Part shown: positions 24,671 to 36,948 of the stretch, piece by piece
Numbering within the stretch: position 1 is the first letter of the stretch
Layout: each line of letters begins with the position of its first letter
From: Eledone cirrhosa
Taxonomy: Eukaryota
Direction: 5' to 3'
NCBI GenBank assembly: GCA_964016885.1
Contig: CAXHJY010001116.1
Span: 1 to 64,000, forward strand
DNA length: 64,000 nt
Translations under genes and position numbers: made by a program
The notes under the pieces: model-generated
Told to the model about the DNA's origin: nothing
The model's database searches: none
What the model saw: only the letters and a program-made list of their open reading frames with translations

Positions 24671-24830
24671 AACAAGTATGACCCCGACGGCAGAGCTCAA
24701 GCTGTTTCGACGGCTATTTCTGGAGTCCAGAAATAGCCGTCGAAACGGCTTGAGCTCTGCCATCGGGGTCATACTTGTTGCTATTACCCACTCTACTACC
24801 CTAAGTATTGAGTACTTTGGTGCGTTATGG
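24668..24830 (+). mobile_element. Fold-back mini-element family A, fused to a SINE S1 (24828-25016)
   Basis: Inverted arms around ~24724. The tail runs into ggattggcagtatcgg. Confidence 0.75.
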
Positions 24831-25149
24831 ATTGGCAGTATCGGTAGAGAGTCGGACACCATGCTTTGCAGCATAGAGTTACGTCCCTTTACGGTCTGAG
24901 TTCGAATCCCGCCGAGGTTAACTTTGCCTTTCCTCTTTACGGGGTCGATCAAATAAAGTACCAGCAATGCACTGGGGTAATTGCTGGCCTTGTGCCAAAA
25001 GTAGAAACAATTATTAAATAGAAACCTTAGTGAAATGAGCGAACCCGGTCGTACAGAGAGAATGTTTATATATGTGTCTGATTTTGTTTTCTCTCGATTT
25101 TGTAAGACTCTGCATTCTTATACTTATCTAAGTCTAAAGTCTGTCTCAA

Positions 25150-25405
25150 GCCAGGAGGCCCATCAGGCCTGTGTTTATCCTGATTTCGTGTCGTGAAGCG
25201 ACTGAGTGTACAAAACTCGTCCCTGGTTAAACTCGTCCAAGGTTAAACCCCTCAGCTATTGCTGGTACTCATTTTCAGCTGAGTATACTGGAGCAACGTA
25301 AAATGAAGTGTTTTGTTCAAGAACACAACACGAAACTCACGAATCAAGCCTGCGACATTGTGATCGTAAGTCCAACACCCTTACCACTAGGCCACGTGCC
25401 TCCAC
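25150..25405 (-). mobile_element. CORE-type SINE family S3
   Basis: tRNA head (tggcctagtggtaa), CORE-like ttcttgaacaaaacacttcattttacgttgctccag. Copies at 39190-39465 and 45770-46030, with heads at 23920-24010 and 41915-42003. Confidence 0.75.
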
Positions 25406-25558
25406 CAGTGCATTACTGGCACCCTATTTTATCGACCCCGTAAAGATGAACGGCAAAGTTAACCTCGGCGGGATTTGAACTCAGAATGTAAAGCCCCATA
25501 ACTCTATGCTGCAAAGAATGGCGTCCGACATTCTACTGATACTGCCAATCCACCGCCT
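25405..25558 (-). mobile_element. SINE S1
   Basis: Matches the S1 head and central domain. Confidence 0.85.
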
Positions 25559-26651
25559 ATTTCCAATAAAATAATGACAAAATATTTCCATACTTTCAAC
25601 AATTTGTTCGATTCCATATGAATTTCAATATTAAATGAAATTAGTTTCCAAGAGTTTATATTATATTGCAAGAGACTAGACAATGATACACTATTGAGAA
25701 CAGATAATGCAATGAAATCGCATTAAGTATATACATACATACATATATACTTATATGTAATTCGTTTTGAATTTGTTTTGCGAGATTTTATTGACAGCAT
25801 GACCCTCTCAAAGTATAACAATATATATATGTGTGTGTGTGTAGAGAGAGAGAGAGGGGGGTGCAAAAGAGTTTTATATATGAAGCTGTGTATTTAAACG
25901 TGGAGTGGAAATAGCGGCGAAATCTCCACCAAAATCACATTACATCTTCTTCGAATAGATTCATACATCATCATCATCGTTTAACGTCTATCTTCCACGC
26001 TAGCATGGGTTTAGACGGTAATTGTCCCACTTGAGGTAAGATTGGTCGGGTGACCATGTCTCGCTCGTATAGGACTGTCTGCCCTTCCTAACACCAACCT
26101 ACATATTTGATAATGTAGCTTTACATTACACCATACATTTACAAAGTGGCGAGGTGGTCACATATGGAATGTCCGACCTGGGGTTCAACAACAACTTCCT
26201 TCTCCAAAGTAAGCAACAGAAAAATTAGATTTATAATTTCTATTATTAACAAATCTGGTCGATAACTCAAATGGTCAAATGTCAACAGAAAGCAACCCAG
26301 AAGTCATGACCTGGATGTGGCCCCCGGCCCAGTTAGAGTGAAAAAGGGTAAGGAACGAAACATTTGCTTAAGAGCGGGCAATTGGGGGGTAGGGGGTCTT
26401 CTCTGAAGACCATCTACTATCTAGTTCTTCTGACACTCTCTTACCACTATTTTTATTTCCCTCCATATATTCTGCCTTGTTTCATTTTTGGTGTATGCTG
26501 CTGCTGCTGCTGTTGTTGTTGTTGCTGATAGCGGTGGCGGTGGTGATGCTAGTAGTTTTGGTAGTGATGGTGGTGTTGTTGTATTCAATTCCCTTCCCTT
26601 GAAGTTAGATCATGTCCGTGATCATATATATGTTTATATACATACATATAC

Positions 26652-26681
<30 letters not shown>

Positions 26682-26682
<1 letters not shown>

Positions 26683-26876
26683 GTTTTAATATAGATGAGA
26701 TTCTACAGGACCAGAACTGTTTCATTCATTAGAAATCATCAGGATTCCTGATGATTTCTAATGAATGAAACAGTTCTAGTCCTGTAGAATCTCATCTATA
26801 TTAAAACTGTTATACTCTGCTATGTATTGGGTACCTTACTTACTGTGGTTACCTCCGATTCAACCCGGAATAATGT
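26682..26876 (+). mobile_element. Fold-back element family D with hammerhead-like core at the symmetry axis
   Basis: Near-perfect palindrome 26682-26808 centred at ~26745. CTGATGA-tTTC(taat)GAAt-GAAACAGTTC starts about 3 nt from the centre. The tail is shared with 49910-49970 (-). TA flanks. Confidence 0.65.
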
Positions 26877-26901
26877 ATATATATATATATATATATATAT
26901 A

Positions 26902-27140
26902 TGCAAAAGTTTTATTTAAAATTGTTGGGTTACAACAAGTAAATATTTTATAACCGATATAAAGCACTCGACAAGTTTTTGGATTAGATATACGATATTA
27001 AACAAATGGAAACTATATTTATAAAACCATATTTATTTCATTATACATATTTCAGGGATACCATATTATATGGTATCCCTGAAATATGTATAATGAAATA
27101 AATATGGTTTTATAAATATAGTTTCCATTTGTTTAATATC

Positions 27141-27146
<6 letters not shown>
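26902..27146 (-). mobile_element. Fold-back element with hammerhead 3' half (GAAATATGTATAAT)
   Basis: Palindrome ~26988-27146 centred at ~27067. The motif is identical to the 3' half of the 1936-2000 ribozyme. TA flanks. Confidence 0.6.
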
Positions 27147-27180
<34 letters not shown>

Positions 27181-27183
<3 letters not shown>

Positions 27184-27342
27184 AACGAGTAGGACCCCGA
27201 CGACTGAGCTCAAGCCGTTTCGAAACGGCTTGAGCTCAGCCGTCGGAGTCCTACTCGTTCCTATTACCCACTCTACTACCCTAAGTATTGAGTACTTTGG
27301 TGCATTATGGTCCACCTGGTTCCTTACCACATTTCCTCCGTT
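27181..27342 (+). mobile_element. Fold-back mini-element family A
   Basis: Symmetry axis at TTTC|GAAA (27221/27222). Tail ends ccttaccacatttcctccgtt-(TA)n. Confidence 0.78.
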
Positions 27343-27344
27343 AT

Positions 27345-27398
<54 letters not shown>

Positions 27399-28061
27399 CA
27401 GCATGTAATTATTTTATTGCTATTCCTAAACAAATTGATATTTATTTCGTACGAATTATATATTAAAAAATAACACCACCACCACCACAACAACAATACA
27501 ATAGAATACAATACAATAAGCTGCTTTTTCTTGCTATCACATCTGTTTCCTGGCACTACTATATAACCTTCTAGCGATCTTTTGGGAAAAGATATGACAG
27601 CTGCATCATGAGTAATTGATTTGACTTCTTTTAACATGTAATAAGGAAGTCGAAGTCGTTGTTAGCTTCGTCTTGCCGCCTACTGACTGTATATGACAGT
27701 TAAAGGTGAACAAAGCAAGGTGTAATACGGAAGAGTGAAACGGAAAATTGTTGTGTTTAAATACGATTTATTTATGAATATTCTTTCAGAATATCACCAA
27801 TGCGAGGCATTTAAAGGTCTGTCGAGCGAGTGTGTGTATCACAAAATATTGATGCATGGAAATCAATTAATATGTGTGTGTGTGTGTGTGCATGAGTGCG
27901 TGTATATATATATATATATATATATATGTGTGGCACACGCATATATACATGTATGTATGTATGTGTATATATTATAAATATATATATAAACAAACACACA
28001 TATACATATGTGTGTGGGTGTATAAATACATACATATACACATTTGTGTGTATAAGTACAT

Positions 28062-28117
<56 letters not shown>

Positions 28118-28869
28118 GTGTATGTATAGTGAGAAGAGCACTAAGCAACCCAAGTGTACGGTAAAGTTACATCCCATACAAGACAACGAAGGGGACTTCT
28201 AGAAATGACAACTAAATCTCCCTTAAATTACACACCAATATCTTTAAAATGAGAAGATACATTATTATAAAGATGATGAAAATATAGAAGGGATGGTCAC
28301 GTCTGGAATGCCTTTGATCATAAGTTTACTGCCTCCGGGAAAAGCTGTTCATAAGTAACATCCAACAAAATACATTAACTGACATATAATCTAGCTATCG
28401 TAATTCATATCCACGAGTATATAAATGTTTCTTATGGTTGACCAAGCATTGCTCGGGTCTTAATATATTTTGGGGAAGATTGCAAAAAGAAGGAAATATA
28501 TCAGTGTATTGGATCTTATATCTATACATATATACATACAGAGAAATGTATGCACTCACATACGTTCATACATACATGATAGCTGCCCATTGTACGAAAA
28601 GAAAAAGAAAGAACACATATATATTAATAATTAAAGGTGCTGCGATCGAATGTGGCTTTTTAGCCCAGCCAATGATCTAAACTGTCTTGCACAGAGTTGG
28701 CAACCAAAACCTTCCCTGACAATAGCCGACTGTGGTTGGAATTCATGTACTTTTGCATGCATATATACATACATATATACATACATACTTATATGTATGT
28801 ACGTACGTATGTATATATGTTTTTTTTTTTGGGGGGGGGGGGGGGGGCGATAGACTTCTAGTCTTCATT

Positions 28870-29125
28870 AAGACATCTCTCTAGAAGGTCACTCTGATAT
28901 AAAACCTGCGACTTCGTTTGCATCCAATGATGTAGACCAGTTCTTCTTTTGGAGCAAATACATTCGAAGTTTAGAGAGTGGGATCGGCCCCATGCAAAGT
29001 CTTTCCTTACTTAAAAAAAGCTTCAAGCAAAGGCATCGCTTCATATGTGACATTTTTTGCGATACATGGTATTGCTGGACTAAAAAAAAAACACATCCGT
29101 GATGCTCATGCTTAAGTATCAAGCG
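28870..29125 (-). pseudogene. Possible degraded LINE APE-endonuclease fragment
   Basis: Across frames: HGCVFF (resembles HGVGF), SNVFAP (resembles NVYAP), GFY (resembles E.FY). Confidence 0.35.
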
Positions 29126-29155
29126 AGTGCATTACTCGAAATTGCAGCCATCATG

Positions 29156-29238
<83 letters not shown>

Positions 29239-29692
29239 ATGAATTTACTCATGTATACAACAGAATCCATGCATTTACATCAAAACCAAATTTATATATT
29301 TCTGGTAACATTTTCACACCTAACGCACATTAATTCGAAGCTGGTAAAAATAATTCTGCAACACATGAATAAAACCAACGAGAAAGATGAAACGAATCGA
29401 AAAATGTGAATCGCCAAAATTATTGAATGAAAAGAAGCGAAAGGAGACTAAGGATTTTATAAGAAAGTGAGAATATGAAGTCTTGTTGAATTATATTAAG
29501 TTGTAAAAAATAAAAATAATTTGTGGATAGAAAGTTGGCAAAGGATTAAATAAACAATAAATTGGTGTAGAGAAATATAAACGTTTTACAGTTTAGACTG
29601 TCTTTGAACATTTTAGTACATAACCTGCCGTTTTACATATGGGATAAGAAATATTCAGTTTCTTCGCCAAAAGTTAATAAAGTTATGTTTCT

Positions 29693-29729
<37 letters not shown>

Positions 29730-29731
<2 letters not shown>

Positions 29732-29860
29732 CGTTTCTGAATTTGTTTAGCAAGATTCTTTATCTGAAATCGTGTGTTGAAACCGATATTGTTATACTTT
29801 GGGAGGGTCATGTTGCCAATAAGAAACACACGCACCAGTTGCTTTCACTTCAATTTATTA
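29730..29860. mobile_element. Short TA-embedded repeat family E (rearranged copies)
   Basis: ttgttatactttgggagggtcatgttgccaataa and gaatttgtttagcaagattc are also found at 49992-50120 and 25760-25823, in different relative orientations. Confidence 0.6.
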
Positions 29861-31390
29861 TATATTTATAAATTTATAAATTTATAAATTTCTGGTTGGT
29901 TGGTTGGTTGGTTGGTTCCACAACCAGATAGTTGTTTATATATATATATATAAAAGGTAAACAGAAATAACAACACAATCGGTACAGTATATGGAAGGTA
30001 TATATTAGGTTAACGCTTGATATAGCAGGAATATATATTTATGTGTGTGTAGAGAGAGGAGGGGGGAACACGAGCCAAAACCGCTGGGTGTCGCTATCGG
30101 GTTTATACCTTCCGCTATACCCATTCTGCTTCTTCCCATGCAACGAGTACTTGAGTACCATGATTTGTGGTCCTTTCCAATCTCAGCACTGCAGATTCTT
30201 TATATATATATTTACAGAGATTGCTAATTCGTCCGGTAGGATCCCGCTTATATCGCCACTAACCATCATATCTGGTGGCCACATCGTTCGCTCTCTGCCA
30301 CCGGTGACCCCTTCTCTAGCAGAACGGCTGTCAAGGAGCTATATCCAAGCCTGCTTACAGCAGATTTCTCCCTGAGAACGAGATATAAAGGAAGAATCAA
30401 CCCAGTACTAGACTGGTAATTTTTTTTATTGACCTCCAAAGGATTAAAGGCAAAGTTGACCTCGGCGGGATTTGAACTCAGAGAGCAGAGAGCCGGCCGG
30501 AACAAATACCATAAGGCATTCTATCCGACGTTCTAACGACTCTGCCAATTTGTCACCTTAAATGAGTAATAGAATGCTTCAAAGTTTCTTATGAATCTCT
30601 GACGAGAACCCGAGATTCACATCACTAAAGAACTACCGAAGTGACTGGATATCAACTAATTATTTTGTCACCAATATTTCAGCTATACTCATTTAAATGC
30701 CATTATCAATCATACTCAACTACGAATAATAAACAATCAGATAATTTTCGGCCAAAATCCAGTATTTCTATTAGTTTACGTGTTTCTACTGATGTCTCAT
30801 TGTTTTAACCTAATCAACTTTAATGATTTAGAAAGAAGATTAATTCACCTTTGCTCTTTACCTTTTTCTTCCCTCTATCGTTTCATAACAGATCTGACAT
30901 AGTGTCGTGACATTTGGGACTTTGTCCTGATCGATTAGAATTAAAAAGCAAACACTATTAAAACAATTTTGAATATTTTTTATTCCCACCAACAAAACTG
31001 TACATATGAACTAAAATAAAAAAATATGTTTAAAAAAATAATCTGAAGTAGAGAAATAAAAATTCCGATATCAATAGGATGGTATGGAGATGTTTAGAAG
31101 ATGGCAATGTTTATTATTATTGATCAGTTTTGAGAGGTTTATAAACATTCTATTAATCAGTTATACATCTGATTAGTTATAAATTTGATCATTTCCATCA
31201 AGTTATTAAAAAAATGTCTTTACAGGCATGATATCAGGTCTGTAAAAACAGAGAGAGGGGGGTGGGGAATAGATAGATAGAAGAAAGATACAGAGAGAGT
31301 TATGGTTTGAAGAGGGGAAATAGATAGATAGATAAATAGATAGAGCGAGAGAGGGGGTGAAGAGGGGAAGATGGATAAATAGATAGATAA

Positions 31391-32801
31391 ATTTCTTTAT
31401 TAGCCACAAGGGCACAAAAGAAGGGGACAAATACAAATGGGGAGTTTACATACAGGTATATGAAAATAAAACTATTAATAAAATAACAAATAATTGAAAT
31501 CCCCAAAAAGGGGGAGGCGTTACACAGGGTTTGTACACACCCCGAAAAAATGTACAACCCTCATCTCCAGGAGCACCAAGAGTGAGTACTCCCTTCCTCT
31601 CTTCCTCAACCTACAGGCTTATATAGAGAGAAGGCCCAACCACTCGCGCCATCTTTGCCACATTCACCCACCTTTCATAAAATTTGCTGGGGTACAGCAC
31701 CTCTCTCTCCATCCTGATTCTTCTTCCAAAATGATATTTGAAAAAACGAATCAGTTGTTCGCCGGAGAGAAAGGTGTCTGACCTCAGTCATTTTAACCTC
31801 GTCCACCATAGCCATAACACATAGGAAAACCGCCTCTCCTTCGTTTTTGAAGGAGGGTGGCGGTTTGATCATGACAATGGACTCGGTGGTCAACTGGATT
31901 GGTCCCACCCGCGACAATAGTTGTTCTACATAGCCCCACATGTCGGTAACGCCTGGGCAGTGTACAAATGCGTGCGCGACGGTTTCCTCGTCGCGCACGC
32001 ATCTAGGACAGATCTTTTTCGAAGGGTCCCTGTCCGGGCGCCGTGTCCGTTTGCCAGAGGATTGTGAACGCCTGAGCACATTCGATGTGCCAGTCGCCCA
32101 TTTTCCTCGGTCTTTGCTTGACCCAGGACTGCAGCTCGGTCAGCGAGACGAGTCGTGGGAAGGCTCGCCTCACAAACGGGGCCCACACCGGTTGTCCGGT
32201 GAGGAATACGTGGAGGTGCCGCAGCCTGAGCGCGTGTTTGCGCATCGTCAGCCACGGCAACCCCAGCCCTCCGTTTAAAAGGTGTTGGCAGCAGATGGAT
32301 CTTCTCACCAAAGGAGCCCGTTTCTTCCAAAGGAATTGGAAGAGCGTGCGCTCCATTTTGGTGAGCGTTTTGGCTGGACAAGGCACGACGGTCAAGCAGT
32401 AGTAGATGACGGACGGTATAAAAGTGTTCGCCACCTCCGCTCGACCCTTCAAGAATAGTTTGCACTCGGCCCACTTCTGGGTGAGCGCAAACACCTTGGC
32501 CGTCACCTCGTTCCAGTTCTTCTCCACCTGGAGGTCCGGACCAAACCAGACCCCGAGCAGCTTTACCGGTCCTTCCGTCCAGCGTCCGACGACGCCATCG
32601 GAATGCATAGGTTTGCTTCTCCACGTTCCGAGTTGCAAACCGACGGATTTATCCCGGTTCAGCTTCGCTCCTGTGAACCTTTCGTATTCCTTCAGTAAGG
32701 TGCTGACCTCCCCGATTTGCGAGGTGCTCGACACCATTACTGTCACGTCGTCGGCGTAGGCCGACGCCGCTTTTCGCAGTCCCGGTTCTAAAGGGATGCC
32801 C
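31391..32801 (-). mobile_element. 5'-truncated Tx1/L1-clade LINE (RT C-terminus, CCHC zinc knuckle, 3' UTR)
   Basis: YADD at 32758-32747, then GAKLNRDKS, VKLLGVWF, FLWK, GGLGLP, and CPRC-x7-H-x4-C (CPRCVRDEETVAHAFVHC). AATAAA at the 3' end. Frameshift near 32040. Both flanks are (GATA)n-rich. Confidence 0.92.
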
Positions 32802-32863
32802 TATAGATAGAGCGAGCAAGAGAGAGAGGAGGGGTTGAAGAGAGGAAAATAGATGGATAGATG

Positions 32864-32896
<33 letters not shown>

Positions 32897-33580
32897 TAGA
32901 TAGAGCAATAAAAAGAGAAAGAGGGATAGAGGAAACTTTGCTCATCACAAGGGGTAGAAGCAGCAAGTTTTATTAAGAAATGGAACGTCAGCCCGAACGT
33001 GACTAATTAATTAATATGCAGTTTAATTTTATAATAAAAGTAGCAACCATAAAGTAAGGATGGTTATTATTATTGTTGTTGTTGTTGTTGTCTTGGTTGT
33101 TCTTCTACTCCTCCTCCCACTCTTCTACTGGTTAATGACATTTAAGGATGTCACGAAGAGATTGAATTTCTGCTGATTCGGAAGATGTCAGAAATATGGC
33201 AGCGAGTACACTGTAGCGGTTTACAATTGCTTACAGAAAATCGATTTAAAAAATATATGAAGTCAACGCAAAATTTAAAATATATTGTCGTAAATTACAA
33301 AATGATTCTATTGTTTACGGCTGTGTTAGTTGTAACTACTGAAGGCTGCAGCTAAACTATTTTTAAAATTTCATGTAAAACAAGAGAGCTATCGTTAAGT
33401 GAATCGATTATGGATATAAACGGTGCAATTCCGGAGACGTGATACAGAGCACCAACCCTCGGGCTGGTTATACAAAAAATTATAAACTTAATCAAGTGTT
33501 CCATGTAAAATAACGAACAAGTGTAAACTTTAATAAAGGCGGCTTATACGGATAATCAGGATAAAAGTGCGAAGGCTAGA

Positions 33581-33610
33581 TATAAATATTCATAATACGC
33601 TTAATTCATT
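33581..33610 (+). promoter_or_regulatory. Candidate core promoter of the CCK/SK gene (TATA plus Inr)
   Basis: TATAAATA at 33581, TCATT Inr-like at 33606, candidate donor AC|GTAAGG at 33650, acceptor TTTCAG| at 33888 four nt before the ATG. Confidence 0.4.
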
Positions 33611-33892
33611 ATCGACTGTAATACGTATTTCCGTGGCATTGATAGTTACGTAAGGCTGCCGTCACGAAATTACCAACATGATAGCACTAATAAAATAAAT
33701 AACAATATTATATTGAGGTTCTTTGAATTAATTAAGTTAACAATTTATACTTAAATAATTGTTTGAAACAAGATCTCATAAAAGTATATATTTTAGCAAT
33801 TTAAGCATAAATATTTTTTGTGTATATATAATTGTTAAAATAATTTATATATATATGTATATATATGATTTTTTTAATATAATTTCAGAATC

Positions 33893-34291
33893 ATGAACCG
33901 TTGCGTTAAAGTTGGAATCACCTTAATGTTGCTTTACATCACTTTAGCAAATTTCACAACGGCAGCAAATTTCGAAAATTCAGGACTGACCGCCACACTA
34001 TCTAAATACAAAAAAATGGCGAAAGTGTTACAAAAACGAAATGGTGGTCTTCTTGAGCGTGTGCTGCTCTCGAGTGGTCGACAGTTTCTTTCGCCGCACC
34101 TTCAAAGCAAAAGGATGAATTTGGAAACAAGAGAAAATGCAGATGACGACGGCAATAAACGACATGGTTCATGGTATTATGATTATGGTCTTGGAGGTGG
34201 ACGCTTTGGAAAACGAGATTTTGACGAATATGGCCTTGGGGGAGGAAGATTTGGCCGAGATGTTGATCACGTGGATATGTCGGACGCTTAA
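33893..34291 (+). CDS. CCK/SK: Cholecystokinin/sulfakinin-type neuropeptide precursor
   Basis: Hydrophobic signal peptide and KR convertase sites. Peptides HGSWYYDYGLGGGRF-G-KR (34163-34216) and DFDEYGLGGGRF-G-R (34217-34258) match the molluscan CCK/SK motif (D/E)YGLGGGRFamide. Splice acceptor just upstream. AATAAA signals at ~34323, ~34410 and ~34546. Confidence 0.95.
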   Translation: MNRCVKVGITLMLLYITLANFTTAANFENSGLTATLSKYKKMAKVLQKRNGGLLERVLLSSGRQFLSPHLQSKRMNLETRENADDDGNKRHGSWYYDYGLGGGRFGKRDFDEYGLGGGRFGRDVDHVDMSDA

Positions 34292-35257
34292 AATACAACA
34301 GAATATTTCAAAAGATAAACTAAATAAAATTTCCAGATTCAAGCTAACAAAATTGTAATTTTTTTATCTTTTTTTTTTTTTTTTTTTTTTTTTCTAAAAT
34401 ACTATTAAAAATAAAATTGCAAAACATAGTTTTATAAACGTTGGTGTACATTTAGGTGATTGATTACGATTCTTCCGGAAGGAAATACGAACAGACGACA
34501 AAATGTACACTTTATTGAAATATTGAAGTTTTAGTTTTGCAATTGAATAAACTTAGAGAGAAGGATAATAAAACGAAATATGTCTTTTTCTCGTTACTGT
34601 TTCCTCCTCTCTCCAAAGTTTGTCAGAAATGATAAGTGGCAACAATTTCGGCTTTTGCCCTTCCCATTAAATATTATTTTTTTTTTTTAGTACAACTCAA
34701 ATAAGGAGGCAGCTATGCCAATTAAAGGATTTAACGAATTATAATTAGTTACAGTAATTATCTTCATGAATATTTTTTGTCATATTTTTTTCAGATATCA
34801 CACATTTTATTTGTGTAACAATACTAAATTGTGCAAAACATTAAATTATTTTGAAAACAAAATGAATAATAAATGATGAACAATCAAAAAAAAACTCCGT
34901 TTTAACTCTTCTATGGTGTATATTATTGGCGACTAATTGGCAGAGTCGTTAGAACGTCGGATAAAATGCTTTGCGGTATTCTATCCAGCTTTCTGCTCTC
35001 GGAGCTGAAATCTTGCTGAGGTCAACTTTGCCTATCATCCTTTCCAAGTGGATAAATAAAAATACCAGTCTACTACTGGGGTCGACGCTTTCTCTATATC
35101 TCTTTCTCATATTTTCTTTAACACTTTCTCTTTCCTTCTCTCAAAGAAATCGGTTGCGTTCACACACGGAGAGGGATGAATTCCCGCTCACTCCTCCGAG
35201 GTTTTTAGATCCCAAGACGTCGTGACGTCGCCCCTACGATTCCCTCAGGAAACATGC

Positions 35258-35305
<48 letters not shown>

Positions 35306-35309
<4 letters not shown>

Positions 35310-35540
35310 AAAGATTGAACGGGAACAAAACATAGAGGCAGTACGAACAAAGGTTTATTAGTTTCACGCTCTTGAGGGTGGGTGGTGGCGGGGAACGACG
35401 TTTCGGGCATAAGCCCTTCTTCAGGTGAAAAGTGTGTGGGAAGAGAGTTCCAAGGGTATGTAGGGGAGTGGTGGAGAGACATATAAAAAAAAGGGGGTGA
35501 GAGGAAACGGTACAAATGAAATTAAATATAAAGGCATGAT
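35306..35540 (-). mobile_element. Penelope pLTR-like remnant family F
   Basis: Contains the hammerhead listed below. TA array at its 3' end. Confidence 0.6.
35394..35428 (-). ncRNA. Minimal type I hammerhead ribozyme
   Basis: AC-CTGAAGA-A-GGGC(ttat)GCCC-GAAA-CG-TC-GT. Intact core, perfect stem II, palindromic ACGT stem III, GUC triplet. Stem I is only 2 bp. Confidence 0.7.
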
Positions 35541-35782
35541 ATATATATACACACGCGGTGTATTACTACGGTTGATATCCAAAAGCTTTAGGATAAAATT
35601 GTGAAACTTGTCAGCTTAGAGTACCTATCCAGTTGACTAATGAAGGCATCAAGAATACCTATAAGAAATTCTTAGGCTTAGAAGAAATATATAGAACATA
35701 CCTAAGTATAAATAAGTCTACAAAGTTTTGAATATTTTTCAAGATATTCAATTTGGAGTAAAGCTGTATAATTTGTCACCGT

Positions 35783-36135
35783 GGGGAGGCACATGGCTTA
35801 GTGGTTAGAGCATTGGCCTTGCAATCGAAAGGTTGTGAGTTCAATTCTCAGACCGGGTGATGTGTTGTTTCCTTGAGCAAGACACTTTATTTCACATTGT
35901 TCCAGTTTACTCAGCTGTAGAAATGAGATGATAGGGACTGGGGTCCCTATCATTCCACTGCAAAGTGGTCGTGGAGGTGCCACGGCAAAAAAGCACCCAG
36001 CACTCACTGTAAATGAGGTTGGTGTTAGGAAGGGCATCCAGCTGTAGAAATCAAGCCAGAATCAGTTCCCGTCCCACCCTTGCAAGCAAGGAAAAGCGGA
36101 CGTAAAATGAAATGATGATGATGATGAAATGACGA
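35783..36135 (+). mobile_element. CORE-type SINE family S2 with RTE-derived tail
   Basis: A box TGGCTTAGTGG, B-box-like GAGTTCAATTCTC, CORE-like ccttgagcaagacacttt...cagtttactcagctgtagaaatg, tail gtcccacccttgcaagc..gaaaagcggacgt-(GAT)n. Near-identical copies at 55972-56308 (-) and 60253-60600 (+). Confidence 0.9.
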
Positions 36136-36212
36136 TGTAGTTCACCATCGAAACGTTAACGGTGCAAATTTGGAAATTGCTATAGACTAATATGCCGAAG
36201 TATATAGTAATA

Positions 36213-36551
36213 AGAGGGTCGGCTGAAAAATTCATTGGCTGACCAAGATACTCTCATAGAATGACCATATGAGGCTTATTCTTTTATAGTGCCTAAAAAT
36301 AAACAATGCAGTTATTAATGGGGAGAGTTGAAATTAATGGATGCAAGATTTCACAGCTCTAGCATCACGCCTTCATCGCCTAACCAAGATACTCTCATGG
36401 AATGACCAAATGAAGTTTATTTTTCAACATAGTCCCTAAAAAGAAACAATGCAGTTATAAATAAGAACAGTTGAAATTGAGGCATGTAAAATTTCACAGG
36501 GCTAGCATAACTCCTTCATAGTCAGCCTATGAACTTTTCAACCGACCCTCG
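36213..36551. mobile_element. Mariner-type MITE with internal duplication
   Basis: TIRs gagggtcggctgaaaaattcattggctgac / gtcagcctatgaacttttcaaccgaccctc, TA flanks. A related internal fragment lies at 24010-24185. Confidence 0.8.
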
Positions 36552-36948
36552 TATGCATACATTTTATATATCTGGTGAAGATTTTTTATTCATTTTTATT
36601 GAATTAAGTTCTCGACATAATTCAAAATGTTAAGTATTAAACGGACCAACGGAACACATCAATTTCAACTGTTCTTATTATTCTTATATAAAAAGTTAAA
36701 ACTGGGTTTCATTGATTTGGTAAAGAAGTTTGTTTTTATCGTTGTCTAGGTAAGTCATAGATCTACTTGAGAATTTACAAAAGGAACTGTGTTTCGCTGG
36801 CCATTATAACTAACCACAGACTCACTTACCCCGTCTATAGTTCTCTTGTCAAAGATATCTCTACCAAATTCATGGAATCTTCCTTGCCTCCACTTCTCAA
36901 CGATGTATACACACATGAACACAGCACATGATTACTATTAGTATAATA

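Noticed and set aside
34002-34358. Alternative and antisense ORFs overlapping CCK/SK
   Set aside because: Shadow frames without features; the 33893 frame has the signal peptide and peptide motifs.
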